Below are positions 1-9,443 of a DNA stretch of 64,000 bases, piece after piece (positions within the stretch are counted from its first letter, which is position 1; each line of letters starts with the position of its first letter). Below the pieces are notes generated by a model. That model was not told where the DNA came from, ran no database searches, and saw only the letters and a program-made list of their open reading frames with translations. The stretch lies in the IMG/VR virus record IMGVR_UViG_3300046787_000408, positions 235,984 to 299,983 of that record. One strand, written 5' to 3'. Made by a program: the position numbers and the translations under genes.

Positions 1-16
1 TAGCAAACTGGATCGA

Positions 17-640
17 TTGCAAAAATTTGGACTAACTGGTACTGGAAACTCAGCAGAAGTTATGAGCACAGTGGTTGACATTATGCGAGCGTTCCTGGAA
101 AAGTACAAAGACAAGATACAAGTGTTGTCGTTCAGCGCCAAAGAAGATTCACGCCAGGGCCTATATGCTAGAATGGTCAAACGACTGTTACCTGACTGGA
201 CCATGAAACAATCTGGTGAGCACTTTGTTCTTGTGGCTCCCAGACAAGATGTTACAGAAACCTGGGGAATTGAAAAATACGCCATTCCCTTGCCCATTGG
301 TGACTATCTTGATCATGACGAACACGATTTTGCTCCCCCGGGCAATTACAAAGATGTCGGCATCCTGCACGACGAAGTGTTTGACTTGATTGATACTGGG
401 GCAGAGCCAGACGTTGTGCCTGCTGACGCCAAACAGTTGCTGGCCACTCAAGACTGGCTGACCAATGCTGGTGGTGACGGACCGTTGTTTGACGAGTACC
501 CGGACAAGCCTGTGGTATATGAAAAAGCTGGTAAGTACTACATTCTCGACGGGCATCACAGAACCACACGAGCTTGGAAAATGGGCAGACCCATCTCAAT
601 ATACCTGTTTAGGGACGAACAATTAAAGGAATTTACATGA
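17..640 (+). CDS. 5'-truncated protein with C-terminal ParB/Srx-like domain
   Basis: YYILDGHHR motif; frame is open upstream to the window edge. Confidence 0.6.
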   Translation: MQKFGLTGTGNSAEVMSTVVDIMRAFLEKYKDKIQVLSFSAKEDSRQGLYARMVKRLLPDWTMKQSGEHFVLVAPRQDVTETWGIEKYAIPLPIGDYLDHDEHDFAPPGNYKDVGILHDEVFDLIDTGAEPDVVPADAKQLLATQDWLTNAGGDGPLFDEYPDKPVVYEKAGKYYILDGHHRTTRAWKMGRPISIYLFRDEQLKEFT

Positions 641-1308
641 ATCCAAATTTTGACAACGAAGAATACGATGACGAAGCCGGCATGGCTGACAACAATCTTG
701 AAACATTAAAACGTGCAGTTGAAGGCATTGATGATGTAATCAATGCAGGCGATAACTTGCCCGAATGGTGCCAAGAAAAGATTGCTGTGGCCAAGTCAAT
801 GCTGGTTGCAGTATGGGACTACATGCGAAGCGAAGAACAGCGTGGTGACGATTCTGATTCAGGACCTGACGAGTTAACTCGTGTGTTAGAACTTAGTGGT
901 ATTGGAATTACAGAAGATCTCAATGCTGATCGACAATTTGATATCATTGAAGAAATGGTTGAGCAACTGGCACTAGAGCACGGAGTTGATGCTGAACAAA
1001 TCTGGGAAGACTTTGAATCAGTAGACGACCATGAACTGTACGAAACTGCTGCATGGAGACGCAAAGAAGGCAAGAGCAAGAGTGGCGGCCTCAATGCCAA
1101 AGGTGTTGCTAGCTATCGTAGAGAGAACCCTGGTTCAAAACTGCAAACTGCTGTGACTACCAAGCCAAGCAAACTCAAGCCAGGATCAAAAGCAGCCAAG
1201 CGCCGCAAATCATTCTGTGCTAGAATGGGCGGAGTCAAAGGTCCAATGAAGAAGCCCAATGGCAAACCTACACGTAAAGCTCTAGCTCTACGTAAATGGA
1301 ACTGCTGA
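637..1308 (+). CDS. Phage protein with acidic N-terminus and basic DUF6321-like C-terminal domain
   Basis: C-terminus AAWRRKEGK...GGLNAKGVASYRRENPGSKL...RRKSFCARM...ALRKWNC; ATGA overlap with previous gene. Confidence 0.6.
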   Translation: MNPNFDNEEYDDEAGMADNNLETLKRAVEGIDDVINAGDNLPEWCQEKIAVAKSMLVAVWDYMRSEEQRGDDSDSGPDELTRVLELSGIGITEDLNADRQFDIIEEMVEQLALEHGVDAEQIWEDFESVDDHELYETAAWRRKEGKSKSGGLNAKGVASYRRENPGSKLQTAVTTKPSKLKPGSKAAKRRKSFCARMGGVKGPMKKPNGKPTRKALALRKWNC

Positions 1309-1309
1309 T

Positions 1310-1516
1310 ATGCGAGCAAGTGAATTTGTAACTGAAAACTTTGCTGATGGCAAAGTAAAGGGCAAAAGTAGGCCTGGACGTGTGAAACGTTCGGGCGCTA
1401 GCTGTTCAGGAAGTGTTACAGATCTACGTGCAAGAGCCAAAAATGCATCAGGCGAAAAAGCCCGGATGTATCATTGGTGTGCAAACATGAAATCAGGTCG
1501 CAACAAAAATAAATAA
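1310..1516 (+). CDS. Small basic phage protein, putative capsid-internal protein
   Basis: N-terminus MRASEFVTE resembles the T4 capsid-targeting sequence. Confidence 0.6.
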   Translation: MRASEFVTENFADGKVKGKSRPGRVKRSGASCSGSVTDLRARAKNASGEKARMYHWCANMKSGRNKNK

Positions 1517-1520
1517 CACT

Positions 1521-1721
1521 ATGCGAGCACAAGAATTTATTGCTGAATCGGTTGCCCCAGGGTTCAATGTGTACTCAGCTCGAGTACGAGTCAAGAATCC
1601 CATGTACAACACCAGCATTGATGTGGCTGTGTTTGCAAAGAGCCCACAGATGGCTCGTGTATTGTTACAAGCTCAGTATGGCAAGGACAGTACAGTATCT
1701 GATGTGACCAAGATTGCTTGA
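1521..1721 (+). CDS. Small phage protein, putative capsid-internal protein
   Basis: N-terminus MRAQEFIAE; TAAATA just upstream. Confidence 0.6.
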   Translation: MRAQEFIAESVAPGFNVYSARVRVKNPMYNTSIDVAVFAKSPQMARVLLQAQYGKDSTVSDVTKIA

Positions 1722-1961
1722 TTAAAAATTCTTGCAAACTGGTGTTGCTGCGGGTGTACGATGCGCTTGTATAACTTGTAACGCAACTATCTTGGCAGTT
1801 TCATTACCTGATTTAGCAATTTCTTGAAGTGCGTTCCACTTTGCAATTTCTGCCATAGAACTAGAATGTGCAATAGTCTTGGCAGTGTCAGCACATAGTT
1901 GTTGATTGGCACAACCTGACAAAATTGCTGTAAAAATCAATAAAAGTAATGTCTTTTTCAT
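1722..1961 (-). CDS. Small lipoprotein
   Basis: MKK, hydrophobic stretch, lipobox LSGC. Confidence 0.65.
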   Translation of the reverse strand: MKKTLLLLIFTAILSGCANQQLCADTAKTIAHSSSMAEIAKWNALQEIAKSGNETAKIVALQVIQAHRTPAATPVCKNF

Positions 1962-2042
1962 GCAAATACTTATTGCAAACTAAAGGCAAAGTTGACCAAA
2001 ATGATCAATTGTGATCATTTTGGATACCCTGTATACTACAAC

Positions 2043-2495
2043 AAGCGAGACACAAGGTTAGCAGGCCGGGATATAATACTGCTGGTGAATCCGTTCTGAT
2101 GTGTGACGGCAACCAATTCTTTTCCTCCGCAAAAGACTTCTATGCACTACCTCAAGCCACGGCTTGAGATGCCTTGAAATGTTGCCCCGCTGGGTTTTAC
2201 GTTTGCATAGTCGTACAGGTTGAGTGCAGCGCGAGCTGACTTAGATGCAATATGTCCATGAGAACAAATGACACCGAAGTTCTCTTAAAAATCGTAGTAG
2301 GTGGGGTAAGGTACAGAGCCCAGAGACATGCAATCCAAATACCTACGGTCAAGAAGCGAAAGCAACTCAGATGAAAATCTCAATGACGCCTTGAGTGGGT
2401 GTCATTGTCGCTCTGCAATCTAGATGAATTAAAAACCCGTAAGGATTTAAACAGCTCTGAGTGCAACGAAAGAGCAGATGTAGCGCAGCTACATC
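2043..2495 (+). ncRNA. Candidate ~450-nt structured non-coding RNA (unassigned)
   Basis: No credible ORF; promoter TTGTGA-17-TATACT (2009-2037); several hairpins, e.g. CTCAAGCC/GGCTTGAG, CAATGACGCC/GGTGTCATTG, GATGTAGC/GCTACATC. Confidence 0.4.
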
Positions 2496-3198
2496 AAGTC
2501 CTGATGACTACTAGGTTGCAGGATTTAAGCAATTTTACATACATCCAACCAATATCAAATTCCCATGTTTTGATGCTTAGTTTAGGACTTGCTGGGCTTA
2601 GGTGGTGATTGTTGTGCAGTTCTTCTCCGCCTATAATGATTCCCCACGGCGTGATGTTTCGACTGTGATCCTTGCTATCACCATTTCGATATCCCCACCA
2701 GTGTCCTAGACCATTAACTACCCCTGCGGCCCAGAATGGTATCCAGGCCATTTGTATCAGCCAAATAACAATACCTGCCCAGCCAAACGCTGCTAGGTTG
2801 AACAAAAAGAGAATGCCAATGCCAAGTCTACTGTGACGAGTGTATACGTTGTGCTCCATCCAATCAGCAGGAGTACCGCGACCGTATGAATCAACCATGA
2901 CTTTGTCTTTTGATGCTGCATGATATAATGCTGCTCCTTTGAATAACACACGCCAAAAACCATACACATGAGGACTGTGTGGATCACCTGCAACATCCGT
3001 ACTGCGATGATGTTTGCGATGTATTGCTACCCACTGCTTGGTTACCATGCCTGTAGTAAGCCATAGCCAAGCTCGCATAAAGTGTTCTACTACAGGATGA
3101 AATGTCAAGGATTTGTGTGCTTGAGCACGGTGCAAAAACAAAGTCACGCACACTATGGTAATGTGCGTGACTATCAAGGTGTAAATCAAATAAGTCAT
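2494..3198 (-). CDS. Membrane fatty-acid (acyl-CoA) desaturase
   Basis: Three His boxes HRAQAH, HRKHH, HNNHH; transmembrane segments; start overlaps the upstream stop (TAATG). Confidence 0.9.
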   Translation of the reverse strand: MTYLIYTLIVTHITIVCVTLFLHRAQAHKSLTFHPVVEHFMRAWLWLTTGMVTKQWVAIHRKHHRSTDVAGDPHSPHVYGFWRVLFKGAALYHAASKDKVMVDSYGRGTPADWMEHNVYTRHSRLGIGILFLFNLAAFGWAGIVIWLIQMAWIPFWAAGVVNGLGHWWGYRNGDSKDHSRNITPWGIIIGGEELHNNHHLSPASPKLSIKTWEFDIGWMYVKLLKSCNLVVIRT

Positions 3199-3746
3199 TA
3201 CATACTTAGTGGTGCCCAGAGCCATATGCCCTGAGTCATTAACAGTAATCCCACTGCACCAACACCCAACGACCCCCAATACATGCGCATGTTCACAGCA
3301 AGAATACTAGCTGAAAGCAATACGATAGCAAGTTGAAACAACATGCCAGAGAACGTGAGCCATGGGCTGTGCAATCTAGCTTCGTCTCTTGCAGCTTCTT
3401 GTGCTCGGGCCTTGGCTAGTAGTTCTTTCTTGCCTTCGCCTGTTTCAGGTTCACTCTCGTAACGATCAATCTTGGCTTGTAGTTTTGCAGCACGTTCCCG
3501 GTTGCCGGCTATCTTGGCTTCTTCCAGTTGTCCTTCTGCTAGTGTTTGCTTGATACTCTTGCTTTGATAAAAGCCATAAGTGTTTGAGGCTTTTAGCAGA
3601 TTGGTCTGTGCTGCACTGCTAAAGTTGTTGGCAATATAAGTGTTTGCTGCCAAGAACAAGGCCATTACAACAATAACCAAACCGGCTTTGTCTTTGATCT
3701 GTGCTTCACGTTCAGAACGTGTGAGTGTTTTCTTTTCTTCTGTCAT
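3198..3746 (-). CDS. DUF4337-like membrane protein
   Basis: N- and C-terminal TM helices; ASNTYGFYQSKSIK motif. Confidence 0.6.
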   Translation of the reverse strand: MTEEKKTLTRSEREAQIKDKAGLVIVVMALFLAANTYIANNFSSAAQTNLLKASNTYGFYQSKSIKQTLAEGQLEEAKIAGNRERAAKLQAKIDRYESEPETGEGKKELLAKARAQEAARDEARLHSPWLTFSGMLFQLAIVLLSASILAVNMRMYWGSLGVGAVGLLLMTQGIWLWAPLSM

Positions 3747-3761
3747 GTTGGTTCCTTTGAA

Positions 3762-4349
3762 TTATTTATTGGCCAAGGGGTTATCAATAGCCTTCTGGAT
3801 TTTGCCGTCAACTTCGCGTTTGAGCTGTTCTACTTCACGGCTAATTTCCCTACGTGCATCTGCCATTTCCTTGCGGATAGAGTTGACTTCGCCACGTGCT
3901 TTGTCAAGATCTTCACGAACATCTTTACGGGCCTGTCGCATTTCTTGTTCAGTTTCACGTTGTGCTTGTTTAACACTGCGTTCCACTTGCTCAGTTACTG
4001 ACTCGTTACGACGAATATCGTTTTTCAAGTCAGTTTTGATGTCACGAGTGTAGTCTGCACCCTTTTGACTGTTTTCTTCAATCACAGCCAAGCGCTTGTC
4101 AAACTCACTCAAGTCTGGGGCTGAATACTCGGCAATCTTTTTCTTCATGCTTTGATAGTCTTTGTACACTTCAAAAGCACCATACAAGCCGCCTAGTGTT
4201 GAACTCACAATGGTAGCTGCTACCATGAGTTTGGCCGGAGTAAATTCGTAGCCGCCAATACTGATAACAGTATCCTTGCTGGCATACTTTTTCATGGCTG
4301 CTTCTGCTTCGTCAATCTTGGCGTTTACATTTTTGATTGGTTCTGTCAT
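3762..4349 (-). CDS. Membrane-anchored coiled-coil protein
   Basis: One TM segment followed by a charged heptad-rich region. Confidence 0.7.
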   Translation of the reverse strand: MTEPIKNVNAKIDEAEAAMKKYASKDTVISIGGYEFTPAKLMVAATIVSSTLGGLYGAFEVYKDYQSMKKKIAEYSAPDLSEFDKRLAVIEENSQKGADYTRDIKTDLKNDIRRNESVTEQVERSVKQAQRETEQEMRQARKDVREDLDKARGEVNSIRKEMADARREISREVEQLKREVDGKIQKAIDNPLANK

Positions 4350-4359
4350 TTTAGTTTCC

Positions 4360-6636
4360 TTATTTGTATTGTAGGTTTACCAGATCTTGATGTAATCTAT
4401 CGCTGGCTCCCTGGAGCAATCGCTGTGCTCTTGCATTGTCAACAGTGCGTTGATTCTTGTAAATTTCTCGAGGTGCATAAAATGCCACATCTGGCATGGT
4501 AGCAGAGTATGTTTGATACCCTTGTGGTTGTGTAGCCATACTGGCAATATTAACTCCAGCTGCTAATTCATTAGATTGCACATTGCGATTTACAGTGTCT
4601 GTGCGTGACTCTTGTGTGCTAGATTGCACTATAGGACGTTGTTCCATTGCGTCATTTAGGGCGGAACGACTGCCAATTTTGATGCCTTCCATCTGTGGTA
4701 CTTCAGGCTCAGATTGTGTAGCATTGCGTCCTTGCGGTGCTTGCAAGCTGTACATATCAATTTGTCCCTGTGTCATACCTGACGGCAAAGCTGATCCTGG
4801 GTCTGCAATTACACTAGCACCAGGTGCTCGTAATCCACCAATATTGACCACGGAAGTTTGAGTAACGTTGGTTACGTTTACTGCTGCAATCTGTGATTGA
4901 CTGGTATTTGCCAGCGACACTGTAGAAGTAGCTGATGTTTGTGTCATGCTGGATGTGATACTTTGTGCAGTTAATGCACCAGCAACTGTTTCTGCTTGTT
5001 GTTGAGCCGATGTTGCTGCTTGCGTGGCCGATGATTCTGCGGCTTGTACCACTGACTTGGCTTCGTTGCCTATTCTAGCCTGGTTAGAGCTGATCATGCT
5101 CATAACTGATCCCAAGCTAGGTCCAGACGATGAACTGGATTTGCTGGTATCGCTTGCAGTTTTGACTTCACCAGCTCGGGGCTGCTGAGTGCTGCCACCT
5201 TGTGGGGGAGGTTGATTGGCAGGTGTTGTGCCGCCAGCTGCTGGTTGTCCAGGTGGCGGAGGTGGAGGTGGCGCACCTGGGGGAGGTTCTGTTCCAGGTG
5301 GAGGTGGTGGAGGAGATCCTGGCGGTGGTGGTGGGGGCTGTGTTGGATCAAGTACCGGTGTGCCTGTGGTAGAGTCCAGCGTTGTTGATTGTGATCCGTC
5401 GTTGTAAGTAACAGTCGAAGCTGTGGTTGCAGAAGCTTGCAATTGTCTAGCCATTGCTTCGCCATACTTTTTGCAATCTGGACTGTATAAAGGATTAGCC
5501 ACACAAGGATCAGCAGTGTAAATCAGTGTTGCCCAGGCACCTTCAATGGAAGAACCTGTGCCTCCAGCTGATCCTGTTATTCTACCAGTACCTAACATTG
5601 ATTGATTCAAGCTGGTTGGTAACAAAAACTTGTCACTGACTGATCCACTAGTACCGTCGCTCGAGAAACTGTAATTTTTTGAGTACAACAAACTTGGCTT
5701 ACCACTGTTGTTAGTAAGTGATACAGTAGCATTAGCATACGCAGGTATGTTCATGGTCCACGAACATGAACCGTCTTGATTCCAAGCAGTGCAACCAGAA
5801 AAACTTTGTCCAACTCTCCAGTTAAACCCGTAGTTGAATCCATGCACCATAGCACCTACTCCTGCATTCTGCAATGCGGTGTTAACAGCAAAGGCCTGAT
5901 TTAGGCTAGTTCCGCCCTGAGTTGAATCCAACAAGTTGTTTGTATTAAGTATACCGCTAAATCCAGCACATGTAGCACTATACGCAGGATTGGTTGCACA
6001 CGGATCTACTTTGTATTTTAGATCAAAGCTAACATTAATAATTTCTGGTCCATAGTTGCCAGCCCAGAAGTTATTGTCCCTACCTACAAACCCCACTTGT
6101 GCTGTGCTTAGTGATGATGCTACATAAGGTGTTGCAAAAGTCTCACTAAATTTAAAGTTAGTCCAGTTGTATAGTTGATTAGTTGATGATGAGTAATCGT
6201 AATTTGCAATTTCATTACCACCTGAACCGTACAACTTCACATACGCTGCCAAGTAGTCTTGTTGGCCACCATCCCAACCGTTGCCGTTCTTGGCGGTAAA
6301 TCCAAAGTTGAATCCACTTAATTGTACCCCAGTCCCACCAGCTGCTAGTGCTCGGTTGATGTTGACCACTTGATTAAGATCTGTTAGTCCATAACTGAAG
6401 TTGATACTACCACCGTTACCGATACTAGGGTTAGGGCCGCAGTTACCTGGTTCGCCGGCATAAAAGCACAGTTGGTTAACATAAACACCGTTGTTCCAAG
6501 TACTAGTTGTATCCGTAGGTGTAGTACCGGTATTGATTAAATTACCGGTAGTGGGATCTACTGTTTGACTATTAGAATAACTTGTGGACAAGCACGCCAA
6601 GAATAGCGCCAATGCCAATTTTCTTATAATTGTCAT
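4360..6636 (-). CDS. Large secreted protein with duplicated beta-rich domain and Pro-rich linker
   Basis: Signal peptide; repeated DPC..NP.YS..C and N.AL..AG.G....GFN.GF motifs; poly-Pro tract. Confidence 0.75.
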   Translation of the reverse strand: MTIIRKLALALFLACLSTSYSNSQTVDPTTGNLINTGTTPTDTTSTWNNGVYVNQLCFYAGEPGNCGPNPSIGNGGSINFSYGLTDLNQVVNINRALAAGGTGVQLSGFNFGFTAKNGNGWDGGQQDYLAAYVKLYGSGGNEIANYDYSSSTNQLYNWTNFKFSETFATPYVASSLSTAQVGFVGRDNNFWAGNYGPEIINVSFDLKYKVDPCATNPAYSATCAGFSGILNTNNLLDSTQGGTSLNQAFAVNTALQNAGVGAMVHGFNYGFNWRVGQSFSGCTAWNQDGSCSWTMNIPAYANATVSLTNNSGKPSLLYSKNYSFSSDGTSGSVSDKFLLPTSLNQSMLGTGRITGSAGGTGSSIEGAWATLIYTADPCVANPLYSPDCKKYGEAMARQLQASATTASTVTYNDGSQSTTLDSTTGTPVLDPTQPPPPPPGSPPPPPPGTEPPPGAPPPPPPPGQPAAGGTTPANQPPPQGGSTQQPRAGEVKTASDTSKSSSSSGPSLGSVMSMISSNQARIGNEAKSVVQAAESSATQAATSAQQQAETVAGALTAQSITSSMTQTSATSTVSLANTSQSQIAAVNVTNVTQTSVVNIGGLRAPGASVIADPGSALPSGMTQGQIDMYSLQAPQGRNATQSEPEVPQMEGIKIGSRSALNDAMEQRPIVQSSTQESRTDTVNRNVQSNELAAGVNIASMATQPQGYQTYSATMPDVAFYAPREIYKNQRTVDNARAQRLLQGASDRLHQDLVNLQYK

Positions 6637-7699
6637 CTAGTTTTGCCTCATCTGGTTTTGGTAGCTTCTCTGGATTAGCTTCCCATGATGCTTTAGCCTG
6701 CTCGCCAATCTTGCCTTCGTATGGGCAAGGTGTACCTGCTGCTAGCATAGCATCAAACACTCTACGGTCCTGACACATAGTTGCCACAGCAGCTACTTTC
6801 ATTCCCATGTCGTACAAAGTCTTGCTTAACTTCAAGCGTTCACAATTCATATCACGTACTGTTCCGCCTGAACTTACGCCAAACACTTGTGTTTGTACGC
6901 TACCGGAACTGCCTGTTGAACATAGATCAGCATTACCACCACTTAACATAGCAGGTGCTACAGCAGTTGGTGGAGGTTGAATTACTCGCTGAGTAATAGT
7001 GCTTTCGTTAATGTTACGGTTGGTCATGTCACCAGTCTGCACGTTTTGATTCACTGCGGTACTGGTGTTAACGTTGTTGTTAACGTTGTTACTGGTTGAC
7101 GTAGACGTGTTGATATTACGGTTGGTCATGTCACCTGTGTTGACGTTGTTGTTGGTAGCCGTACTGGTGCTTACGTTGTTATTGTTGTTAGTAGCAGTGC
7201 TGACATTGTTGTTGTTGTAGGTCATTGTGCCACTATTGATATTGTGGTTGGTATTGGTGTTGTTGCTGGTACTAGAACTAACGTTGTTGTTGTTGTAGGT
7301 CATTGTGCCAGAGTTGACATTGTTGTTGTTGTAGGTCATTGTGCCAGAGTTGACATTGTTGTTGTTGACCGTGCTGGTACCCGAGTTGATATTGTTGTTG
7401 GTGTTAACACTGGTACTGGTATTAGTATTGGTGTTAGCACTGGTGCTATTGACCTGGGCAGTACTGTTGCTGTTTGACGTGCTGTTGGTGTTGCTGTTTG
7501 ACGTCACAGTGCTGGTACTGTTGCTGGTACTGTTGGTATCAACCAAGGTTGATGAATCGTAGGTCCCTTGATTGATCAACTGAGTGTTGTTGGTAGTAGT
7601 GCCGCCTGTGCTAGTGGCAGTACTGGTGTTGGTGGTTTGTGCGCCGACGGCTGCTACAAACACCAGGCTGGCTAGGCCCATGGCAATTTTTCTTTTCAT
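6572..7699 (-). CDS. Secreted Asn/Thr-repeat protein with Cys-containing C-terminal domain
   Basis: Signal peptide; repeated NSGTMTYNNNNV and TGDMTNRNIN units; C-terminal CERLKLSK..YDMGMKVAAVATMCQD. Confidence 0.75.
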   Translation of the reverse strand: MKRKIAMGLASLVFVAAVGAQTTNTSTATSTGGTTTNNTQLINQGTYDSSTLVDTNSTSNSTSTVTSNSNTNSTSNSNSTAQVNSTSANTNTNTSTSVNTNNNINSGTSTVNNNNVNSGTMTYNNNNVNSGTMTYNNNNVSSSTSNNTNTNHNINSGTMTYNNNNVSTATNNNNNVSTSTATNNNVNTGDMTNRNINTSTSTSNNVNNNVNTSTAVNQNVQTGDMTNRNINESTITQRVIQPPPTAVAPAMLSGGNADLCSTGSSGSVQTQVFGVSSGGTVRDMNCERLKLSKTLYDMGMKVAAVATMCQDRRVFDAMLAAGTPCPYEGKIGEQAKASWEANPEKLPKPDEAKLDDNYKKIGIGAILGVLVHKLF

Positions 7700-7827
7700 T
7701 TTGCTCACCTTATGGTTATTATTATGTTGATATTTATTGCCCTAGAGCAAACAAATAGTGAGTACTGAATGTACAAAAGTACAGATTCAATAGCAGCGGT
7801 TAATCAAAATATCCCGCTAAATACCAC

Positions 7828-8118
7828 ATGAAGTTGCACAATATTCAAATACAATACGATGTTCACTGTGATTGGACAGACACTGCTCCAGTGTATCGTT
7901 TGTATGTCAACAATGAGTTGTTTACAGAACGCACTTATATTTGGCATGACCAGTATCTTGAAGAAGTTGTGGCTATTGATGCCGAACCTGGTGACTATAC
8001 CATACGTTACGAACTTGTAGGGGCAGGTTCCTTGACTGCTAGTAACCCCCGAGTCAATCATGGTGCTGCACACTTTGTAGACAACTACACTCTAAGGATA
8101 ATCAATGAAAATGCGTGA
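7828..8118 (+). CDS. Hypothetical protein
   Basis: ORF directly after TAAATA (7818-7823). Confidence 0.6.
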   Translation: MKLHNIQIQYDVHCDWTDTAPVYRLYVNNELFTERTYIWHDQYLEEVVAIDAEPGDYTIRYELVGAGSLTASNPRVNHGAAHFVDNYTLRIINENA

Positions 8119-8311
8119 TATAATGGAAACCACAACTGCTGGTTCAGTAGCCACTGTGAGCATGCCTTTAGGCGGAGTGAAAACAAGAAATGGTGGATCA
8201 ATGTTAACAGGTAAATATGTAACGGATTCGGACCCAACTCCAAATACGCCTAAAGAATACAAGAGGAATAAAAATGTTAGCGGACGCTTTAAAAACACTC
8301 CTGGCAACTGA
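8105..8311 (+). CDS. Small hypothetical protein, possible capsid-internal protein
   Basis: MKMRDIMET N-terminus; overlaps neighbours in operon. Confidence 0.5.
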   Translation: MKMRDIMETTTAGSVATVSMPLGGVKTRNGGSMLTGKYVTDSDPTPNTPKEYKRNKNVSGRFKNTPGN

Positions 8312-8714
8312 GTACGCTTTTGTCACAAAAGCACAACAGTTCCACTGGAATGTGGAAGGACCAGACTTTGGCCAACTGCACAAGTTCTTTAACATGATCT
8401 ACGATGATGTGTATGGTGCAATTGATCCCACAGCTGAATACATTCGTGCGCTGAACGAATATGCTCCTGGTAGTTTTGAGCGTTTTGCAGAGTTATCTCG
8501 TATTTCTGGACAAACAAAAATTCCACGTGCTCGACTCATGCTTGAAGAATTGCTGGCCAACAATGGTCAAATGATAGAACTATTAAATGAATGCTTTGGG
8601 GAAGCTGAACAAGAAAACCAACAAGGCATCATGGACTTTTTGGCCTCGCGTATTGACGCTCATCAAAAGCATGGCTGGATGTTGAGAAGTTATTTGAAAG
8701 ACCAACGAGCATGA
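8274..8714 (+). CDS. dps: Dps/ferritin-like DNA protection protein
   Basis: FHWNVEGPDFGQLHKFF, AEYIRAL, HQKHGWMLRS motifs. Confidence 0.9.
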   Translation: MLADALKTLLATEYAFVTKAQQFHWNVEGPDFGQLHKFFNMIYDDVYGAIDPTAEYIRALNEYAPGSFERFAELSRISGQTKIPRARLMLEELLANNGQMIELLNECFGEAEQENQQGIMDFLASRIDAHQKHGWMLRSYLKDQRA

Positions 8715-9442
8715 ATCACGACATACGATCAATTCTAGATCGACTAGCCACAGTGGAGAGTCGTACTACTCCAGTTAATGTCAAGTCTGGGCTGAATGCA
8801 CAACAAAAAAGTGTACCACAATTACCAGCTTTGTTTCAGCCACGCAACATCAGCACAGTGCTCAAAAGTAAAAAAGACCCTGCTCATCCCATGAAGGGCG
8901 AATTTGTGGGAGACTCAGTTGAGCCACAAGCACCAAGTTTGGCAGAAACCATGCAGGCTGTGGAAGAAGACATGCTGGGCAAAGTCAAACGTGACTTTGT
9001 AGACTACCTAGAACGTCTAGAAGACAAAAACAAAATTGACAAGGCCTTGGTACACAAAGCCAAGCAAGAACTTGACATAGAAGATCCCATTGAAGAAGAT
9101 CCCACACAAGCTGAACCAGCTGGCATAGCCCCACCTGCTCCAGCACAAGATCCTGTGTTGCCCGAAAGCGACTTTGAGGATTCAGAACTAGCACATGACA
9201 TTGACCAAACTGCTGCAAGTCAAGCAGTAGCAGCGGAACAACCAGTCAAAACAGTGGCCATGGAAGATGGCGCTGTGTTAGAAATCTACGGCGACCAAGG
9301 TCGCGGGTTTGAAGTACGACACGGTGGCCGTAGTTTGCCCACACGCTTTCCCAATATTGATCACGCTGACATGGCAGTGAAGATTTTCCAAAAACGCAGA
9401 AAAAACGCTGACTTGGACCAAGATTACCTGGAAGAAAAATAA
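8711..9442 (+). CDS. Hypothetical acidic phage protein
   Basis: 243-aa ORF with ATGA overlap. Confidence 0.7.
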   Translation: MNHDIRSILDRLATVESRTTPVNVKSGLNAQQKSVPQLPALFQPRNISTVLKSKKDPAHPMKGEFVGDSVEPQAPSLAETMQAVEEDMLGKVKRDFVDYLERLEDKNKIDKALVHKAKQELDIEDPIEEDPTQAEPAGIAPPAPAQDPVLPESDFEDSELAHDIDQTAASQAVAAEQPVKTVAMEDGAVLEIYGDQGRGFEVRHGGRSLPTRFPNIDHADMAVKIFQKRRKNADLDQDYLEEK

Positions 9443-9443
9443 A

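Noticed and set aside
2043-2495. Group I intron or RNase P RNA
   Set aside because: No interrupted gene, and no convincing P7 or GAGGAAAGTCC signature.
6572-7560. CRISPR array or DNA tandem repeat
   Set aside because: Repeats are in-frame Asn/Thr coding repeats; no repeat-spacer array was seen anywhere in the window.
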